From a virus: a stretch of DNA of 36,742 nucleotides. The notes below the pieces were generated by a model, which was not told where the DNA came from, ran no database searches, and saw only the letters and a program-made list of their open reading frames with translations. This document shows, in pieces, positions 8,237-12,226 of the stretch; within the stretch, counting starts at the first letter, position 1; each line of letters opens with the position of its first letter. A program made the translations under genes and the position numbers. The stretch lies in the IMG/VR virus record IMGVR_UViG_3300001487_000076, positions 1-36,742 of that record. The stretch is one strand, 5' to 3'.

Positions 8237-8288
8237 GTCCCGTATCAAGTCGGGACGTTGGAGCTTTTTGTTGCTCCGTGTTTTGTTT
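8237..8288 (+). terminator. tandem hairpins plus T-run (intrinsic terminator, plus strand)
   Basis: cgtcccg-tatcaagt-cgggacg, then ggagc-tttttgtt-gctcc, followed by gtgttttgttt. Confidence 0.5.
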
Positions 8289-8296
8289 ACAATGCT

Positions 8297-8325
8297 ATTA
8301 TACTACATGATTTTTACTTTGTCAA
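8297..8325 (-). promoter_or_regulatory. consensus sigma-A promoter (leftward), about 700 nt upstream of the first leftward gene
   Basis: The minus strand reads TTGACA (8325-8320), a 17-nt spacer aagtaaaaatcatgtag, then TATAAT (8302-8297). The spacer is homologous to those of the 1824 and 9652 promoters. Confidence 0.7.
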
Positions 8326-8640
8326 CGATTTTTGAAAAGTTTTTTAGTTTTGGATGGTTGCACAAAAAACTTTAGTGTGTTAAATTGAATAATTGTGCAA
8401 TAAGCAATAAGATTTTAGTGTATTAAAGTGTTTGTGTGAATACAGTTTGTAATATTATATTTGTTTTATACTGTTCGTCATAGTATGAGTAGTATACTAT
8501 TATAATATAAAAGAGACGTGTTGTGCATATTATACAATGAGAAGTAAATATTTTTGTGCAGTTTTTAATGAGTTTTCAACAATTGGCTGTCTGAGCTGAG
8601 AAAAACGGCTATTTTTTGACTTTTTTTGAAGTGCCATAAA

Positions 8641-8813
8641 TGGCTATATATAGGGAAAAAATAAACATTTTTTGAGCGTTTTTTTCAAGTCTGATTTTGA
8701 GCAGTTTTTTATGTTTTATTATTTAATTAATAGTGAATATTTTTGCATTTTTATGAATATTTGTTATGTGTATATTGATTTTTGGCTATTTATAGGGATT
8801 TATTGAGCGTTTT
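8641..8813. repeat. direct repeat modules TGGCTATWTATAGGGA ... TTGAGCGTTTT
   Basis: TGGCTATATATAGGGA (8641-8656) is followed by TTGAGCGTTTTT (8672-8683) and TTGAGCAGTTTT (8697-8708). TGGCTATTTATAGGGA (8783-8798) is followed by TTGAGCGTTTT (8803-8813). Confidence 0.7.
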
Positions 8814-8817
8814 GTAT

Positions 8818-8860
8818 ATGAATATTCATGTTTATTATTGTTATGTGTTGCAATTGCAAC
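8818..8860. repeat. two perfect palindromes
   Basis: ATGAATATTCAT (8818-8829) and GTTGCAATTGCAAC (8847-8860). Confidence 0.8.
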
Positions 8861-8864
8861 AAAA

Positions 8865-9085
8865 TAATTAAAGGGAGTTAATCTTTTAAGTATAAATTTA
8901 ATTAAAGCATTAGATAAATTAATCTTAATCGTTTAATTATATAATAACTTAATTAAGCTGCATTTAAGCTCTTAAATTAAGTGCTTAAATAATCAATGTT
9001 TAATTAATTTTTCACTTAAATGATTACCATCAAATAGAACAGTCGTTCTTTTTATTAAATATCTTAATTACTTAAAATGAACAAA
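8865..9085. repeat. extremely AT-rich tract with reiterated TTAATTAA / CTTAAAT-type motifs (candidate DNA-unwinding element)
   Basis: Many copies of taattaa, cttaatt, cttaaat and tttaatta lie within about 220 bp, with no ORF. Confidence 0.6.
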
Positions 9086-9200
9086 ACGGAAATTAAACGG
9101 CGGTAAATAGGCAAATACGGCACTTTGTAAAAATTATATACGGGGTATGTTTACATTTTAAATCAAATTTCGCTGCCGGAATACTGGGTAAGGTGTTCTA

Positions 9201-9290
9201 CTCCATTCACACCAGCTCACACCAATTCACACCAATTTACCCCAACTCATACCACACCACATCACTCCATTATCCCTACATCTCCCTATA
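9201..9290 (+). repeat. nine phased 10-bp units (ACCAAYTCAC-like, then TNTCCCTAYA x2), iteron-like
   Basis: Successive 10-mers read ctccattcac, accagctcac, accaattcac, accaatttac, cccaactcat, accacaccac, atcactccat, tatccctaca, tctccctata. The top strand has one G between 9201 and 9318. Confidence 0.8.
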
Positions 9291-9488
9291 TTAATTATCA
9301 TTCACTTCCCAATATATAGCCATAAACTAATTATTAAAATATCGCATAAATAATCATATCAGATTTTCAAATCCTTAATAAATCCCAATAATACGCTAAA
9401 AAATAGAAAAGCAATATACACTCTAATAACAGATATATAAGATAATTAAATTAGGAAAAGGGGTTTGGGGAAAGGGCAAAGGTCAACT

Positions 9489-9609
9489 GAGCGTAGCGAA
9501 GTTTACCGTCCCTGTCCCCAATATAGTAAATATTAAATATTAAATAGTAAATATTAAATTATAATTCTATAACTCTATAATATATCCCCCTATCTCACTC
9601 GCTACGCTC
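9489..9609. repeat. 11-bp perfect inverted repeat flanking an AT-rich tandem repeat
   Basis: GAGCGTAGCGA (9489-9499) pairs with TCGCTACGCTC (9599-9609). The interior contains agtaaatattaaat twice. Confidence 0.75.
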
Positions 9610-9614
9610 GTTCG

Positions 9615-9648
9615 TCCCCCAGAGGGGGATTTTATTTTTTTATTTTTT
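9615..9648 (+). terminator. intrinsic terminator
   Basis: tccccc-aga-ggggga is followed by ttttatttttttatttttt, immediately upstream of the 9652 promoter. Confidence 0.65.
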
Positions 9649-9651
9649 CTC

Positions 9652-9680
9652 TTGACAAAGTATAAATATTATGATATAAT
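9652..9680 (+). promoter_or_regulatory. consensus sigma-A promoter (rightward) for the Rep-like operon
   Basis: TTGACA (9652-9657), a 17-nt spacer aagtataaatattatga, then TATAAT (9675-9680). Confidence 0.75.
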
Positions 9681-9868
9681 AGGATTAGTACACAGGTGAG
9701 CTATTTTTATATTTGTTCATTGTATAAATCATATAGATTGAATAAATCATATAGTTCAAGTGTCTGTACCCTTGGCAAGCGTATGGGGTTTACTAAATCT
9801 AAAAGAACGGATTTTTCAAAAAACGCCAGTTTAGCCCGATTTTTCGGGAAAAACTGCAAATTGGGTGA

Positions 9869-9919
9869 GGTCGCAAAATGGCGAAAAACACCCCCAAAAA
9901 GGTCGCAAAATGGCGAAAA
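9869..9919 (+). repeat. 19-bp direct repeat GGTCGCAAAATGGCGAAAA x2, each containing an ATG
   Basis: The copies lie at 9869-9887 and 9901-9919, offset by 32 nt. The ATGs at 9878 and 9910 are therefore in different frames. Confidence 0.85.
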
Positions 9920-10863
9920 CCAAAATTGAAAGGAATGATGCAATGGAACGTGTCAAAGCGATTATTAATGACAAAGGCGAAGTTAAAAAACCTCCAGAGA
10001 ATAGCGTTGTTACTTGTTTTTCGGAAGAAGAATACAACAGCCGCAAGAACTATGGACGAAAACATTATGCCATTAAGCAACAGGACGAGAGTGATTATGA
10101 CAGTAGTATAAGTGAAGGAGGGAGTTATGTGTGGCATTACTTTATACCATCCGAGCGTTCGTTTGATAATCTGAACAACCCAACTATAAGCAGATTGGTT
10201 TATTTGGCAACCTACGTCAATAAGGACAATTACATAGCTTATGACAATGGACAACTTCTATCAAGGGGACAATTGCAATCGTTATTAAAACTTGGAGACA
10301 CTTCTTTTAAGTCATTCCTTAGAGAAGCCAAGAGATACAATTACCTTATAGAAGATGAACAAGGATTTCAAATTAACTCTAATATATTTGGCAAAGGTAA
10401 ATTACAGAAAGCCAAAGACCAAAGAGCAGCCAAGTTGTTTATATACTCAACTCGTTTCTTGTATGAACACGCCACGATTGATTCTCATAAAACGTTAGCT
10501 TATATGTATATGATACTCCCTTATGTTAATTTGACCTATAATGTGCTTTGCGAAAACCCTTGGGAAACTGATAAAGCAAAAATTACAAAGATGTCGGTTG
10601 ATACGCTATGTGCTAAACTTGGATTGAATATCTCTCACTCGAAGCGATTTGTCAATCAGTTATTAAAGATTCAGTACCCAGATAAGAACGGAGATAACCG
10701 AGGGGTGTTGGTCGCAGTCAGAGCAGCCAAGAACGATGTTATCAAAGAATACCTGTGTGTTAATCCTGCACTGTATAGTATATATGCTAATAAGGAAAAG
10801 ATAGCACAGGCAACCGGAATCGAAGATATATTTCTTATTAAGGAGGTGAACGATAATGACTAA
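9910..10863 (+). CDS. putative replication initiator / DNA-binding protein with two winged-helix-like segments (317 aa)
   Basis: Track ORF 9865..10863 has a GTG start, and I prefer the ATG at 9910 (MAKTKIERND...). Segments such as LSRGQLQSLLKLGDTSFKSFLREAKRYNYLIEDEQGFQIN and MSVDTLCAKLGLNISHSKRFVNQLLKI look like wHTH. The gene lies directly downstream of iteron-like repeats. The function is an inference. Confidence 0.4.
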   Translation: MAKTKIERNDAMERVKAIINDKGEVKKPPENSVVTCFSEEEYNSRKNYGRKHYAIKQQDESDYDSSISEGGSYVWHYFIPSERSFDNLNNPTISRLVYLATYVNKDNYIAYDNGQLLSRGQLQSLLKLGDTSFKSFLREAKRYNYLIEDEQGFQINSNIFGKGKLQKAKDQRAAKLFIYSTRFLYEHATIDSHKTLAYMYMILPYVNLTYNVLCENPWETDKAKITKMSVDTLCAKLGLNISHSKRFVNQLLKIQYPDKNGDNRGVLVAVRAAKNDVIKEYLCVNPALYSIYANKEKIAQATGIEDIFLIKEVNDND

Positions 10864-10987
10864 GGATTACATAAACTACATCCAGACTACAGATTATACA
10901 GATTCTACTGTCATAGACAATCAAGAAAGCTCAGACGAGTTCTATGGTCATCCGGACTACAAGCAGTATGTAGATGATTGGTGCTAA
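10856..10987 (+). CDS. hypothetical small acidic protein (43 aa)
   Basis: Below the track cutoff. AAGGAGGTGAACGATA precedes the ATG at 10856. The product is MTKDYINYIQTTDYTDSTVIDNQESSDEFYGHPDYKQYVDDWC. Confidence 0.5.
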   Translation: MTKDYINYIQTTDYTDSTVIDNQESSDEFYGHPDYKQYVDDWC

Positions 10988-11027
10988 TCTATCAATGTAT
11001 AAATCATATAGCTGAGGAGAGATAGAA

Positions 11028-11198
11028 ATGACAAATCTAAGCAGATGGGCTTCTACTTTCGACAATAAAACTCGATGTTTATATCAGCTCGAAAGCAGCA
11101 ACGATACAACGGGGGTTGTATATGACCAAGACAAGAATAGGCAATGGCGTACCTTGCTACAATTGGACTACACCTGTATATCACGTTTGGATAGATGA
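11028..11198 (+). CDS. hypothetical small protein (56 aa)
   Basis: Below the track cutoff. GAGGAGAGATAGAA precedes the ATG. The product is MTNLSRWASTFDNKTRCLYQLESSNDTTGVVYDQDKNRQWRTLLQLDYTCISRLDR. Confidence 0.5.
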   Translation: MTNLSRWASTFDNKTRCLYQLESSNDTTGVVYDQDKNRQWRTLLQLDYTCISRLDR

Positions 11199-11264
11199 CA
11201 AATGGGAATTGACGACACAGTGTATGCACGATGCCTATGCTTTCTATGAAAGGAGATTACATAA

Positions 11265-11411
11265 ATGACACGAGAACAGATATGTAGCCAGCAGATACAT
11301 TGTTTGAGCTGTCCCTTATCGGTTGTACGAACCGATAAGGACTGTAGGACATTAACTCTTGAAGAAATAAAAAAGGAAGTGAAGAAAAATGACAATACAC
11401 AAAATGCTTGA
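11265..11411 (+). CDS. hypothetical Cys-containing small protein (48 aa)
   Basis: AAAGGAGATTACATAA precedes the ATG. The product is MTREQICSQQIHCLSCPLSVVRTDKDCRTLTLEEIKKEVKKNDNTQNA. Confidence 0.5.
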   Translation: MTREQICSQQIHCLSCPLSVVRTDKDCRTLTLEEIKKEVKKNDNTQNA

Positions 11412-11568
11412 AATACTTGCAATGGGTACTCCTAATGGTTCTGCCTTAAAAGAACTTGCAGAATATTATGGTTGTGAGGATTATGACTTATCACCTATCA
11501 GCGATACTATGGCAGACAGATGGATTGAAAGAAAAGAAGTATTTAAGGATAGAGGAACAATGGTATAA
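11389..11568 (+). CDS. hypothetical small protein (59 aa)
   Basis: AAGGAAGTGAAGAAAA precedes the ATG, and the product starts MTIHKMLEILAMGTPNGSALKELAEYYGCEDYDLSPISDTMADRWIERKEVFKDRGTMV. It overlaps the previous ORF by 23 nt. Confidence 0.45.
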   Translation: MTIHKMLEILAMGTPNGSALKELAEYYGCEDYDLSPISDTMADRWIERKEVFKDRGTMV

Positions 11569-11625
11569 TGTGCATTTCACATTAACATTCACTATGATTT
11601 TGTGATATAGGAGGAATTAAATAAA

Positions 11626-12207
11626 TTGAATAGCAAACGTAAACACATATGTGGCGTATATTCAATCACAAATAATATTAACGAGAAGTGTTATATCGGA
11701 CAAAGTATAGATGTCTATTCTCGTTGGCTTAGTCATAAAAACCCTAAACAATGGCAGGCTGAAAAAAGTAAAGCATTATATCGAGCGTTTCGTAAATATG
11801 GTGTTGAAAACTTTACCTTTAGAATAATTGAGGAATGTCCAAGAGAACAACTTGATAGTCGTGAAAAATTCTGGATTTCTTATTACGATTCTTATAAGAA
11901 TGGATATAATATGAACGAAGGTGGACAGGGACAAAATCGAAATTATCATCGTAGGTGGTTACATAGACGTAAAAACGAATTTGCTCGAAGGCTTGATATG
12001 TTTATAGGTGATTCCGAAAAGGAGTTCCCAGACATACAAAGTGTATTTGCAGAAATGAGAATGGCTGTTTGCCCAGATGTTTATAACTTGGATGATATTG
12101 AGGATGATTGTATTCGTGAAGAAATTGACGGGTATGATACGATGATGCGTGTGCTTTGTGATGGTTATGATAGTTACGAACAATGGGCTGAATGTACTTT
12201 TATATAA
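11626..12207 (+). CDS. GIY-YIG homing endonuclease (free-standing, 193 aa)
   Basis: It has a TTG start 9 nt after AGGAGG. ICGVYSITNNINEKCYIGQSIDVYSRWLSHK carries the GIY...YIG...R..H motif. REKFWISYYDSYKNGYNMNEGG supplies the conserved Glu and Asn. Confidence 0.8.
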   Translation: MNSKRKHICGVYSITNNINEKCYIGQSIDVYSRWLSHKNPKQWQAEKSKALYRAFRKYGVENFTFRIIEECPREQLDSREKFWISYYDSYKNGYNMNEGGQGQNRNYHRRWLHRRKNEFARRLDMFIGDSEKEFPDIQSVFAEMRMAVCPDVYNLDDIEDDCIREEIDGYDTMMRVLCDGYDSYEQWAECTFI

Positions 12208-12226
12208 AAAAACAGAGGTGACAAAA

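Larger units (their letters stand above)
7729..8288 (+). ncRNA. candidate ~560-nt noncoding transcript (promoter to terminator), antisense to the leader of the leftward operon
   Basis: It is bounded by the 7694 promoter and the 8237-8288 hairpins plus T-run. It has no RBS-preceded ORF. Local stems include cgtgga/tccacg (8020-8035), cgtacac/gtgtacg (8148-8179) and cgtcccg/cgggacg (8237-8258). Confidence 0.3.

Noticed and set aside
9268-9280. DnaA-box-like TTATCCCTACA.
   Set aside because: It differs from TTATCCACA by an insertion and a mismatch, and it is part of the 10-bp repeat register. No other DnaA-box-like sequence was seen, so I did not call a DnaA box.
9449-9472. Potential G-quadruplex in GGGGTTTGGGGAAAGGGCAAAGG.
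   Set aside because: Only three runs of three or more G are present, and the fourth is GG. It does not meet the usual four-tract criterion, so it is noted only as part of the G/C-tract segment.
8340-9650. Possible CRISPR array or other regularly spaced repeat locus in the repeat-rich noncoding region.
   Set aside because: The repeats are short (7-16 bp), heterogeneous and irregularly spaced, or else tandem 10-mers without spacers. There are no 25-40 bp repeat/spacer units and no cas genes in the window.
9696-10254. Track ORFs 9696..9929 (+), 9707..9943 (-), 9831..10046 (-) and 9799..10254 (-) around the Rep-like gene start.
   Set aside because: Their translations are low-complexity and lack ribosome-binding sites. 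They overlap the promoter leader or lie antisense to the well-supported 9910..10863 CDS. The 9878..10111 (+) ORF is kept only as a possible leader ORF in the findings.
11168-11422. Track ORF 11168..11422 (-), 84 aa.
   Set aside because: It is antisense to three plus-strand small ORFs that each have a good ribosome-binding site and fit the operon direction. It has no ribosome-binding site on the minus strand.
12149-12226. The longer N-terminus (MCFVMVMIVTNNG...) given by the track for the RNAP ORF.
   Set aside because: It would overlap the homing endonuclease gene by 59 nt and lacks a ribosome-binding site. The ATG at 12227 has AGAGGTGA at proper spacing.
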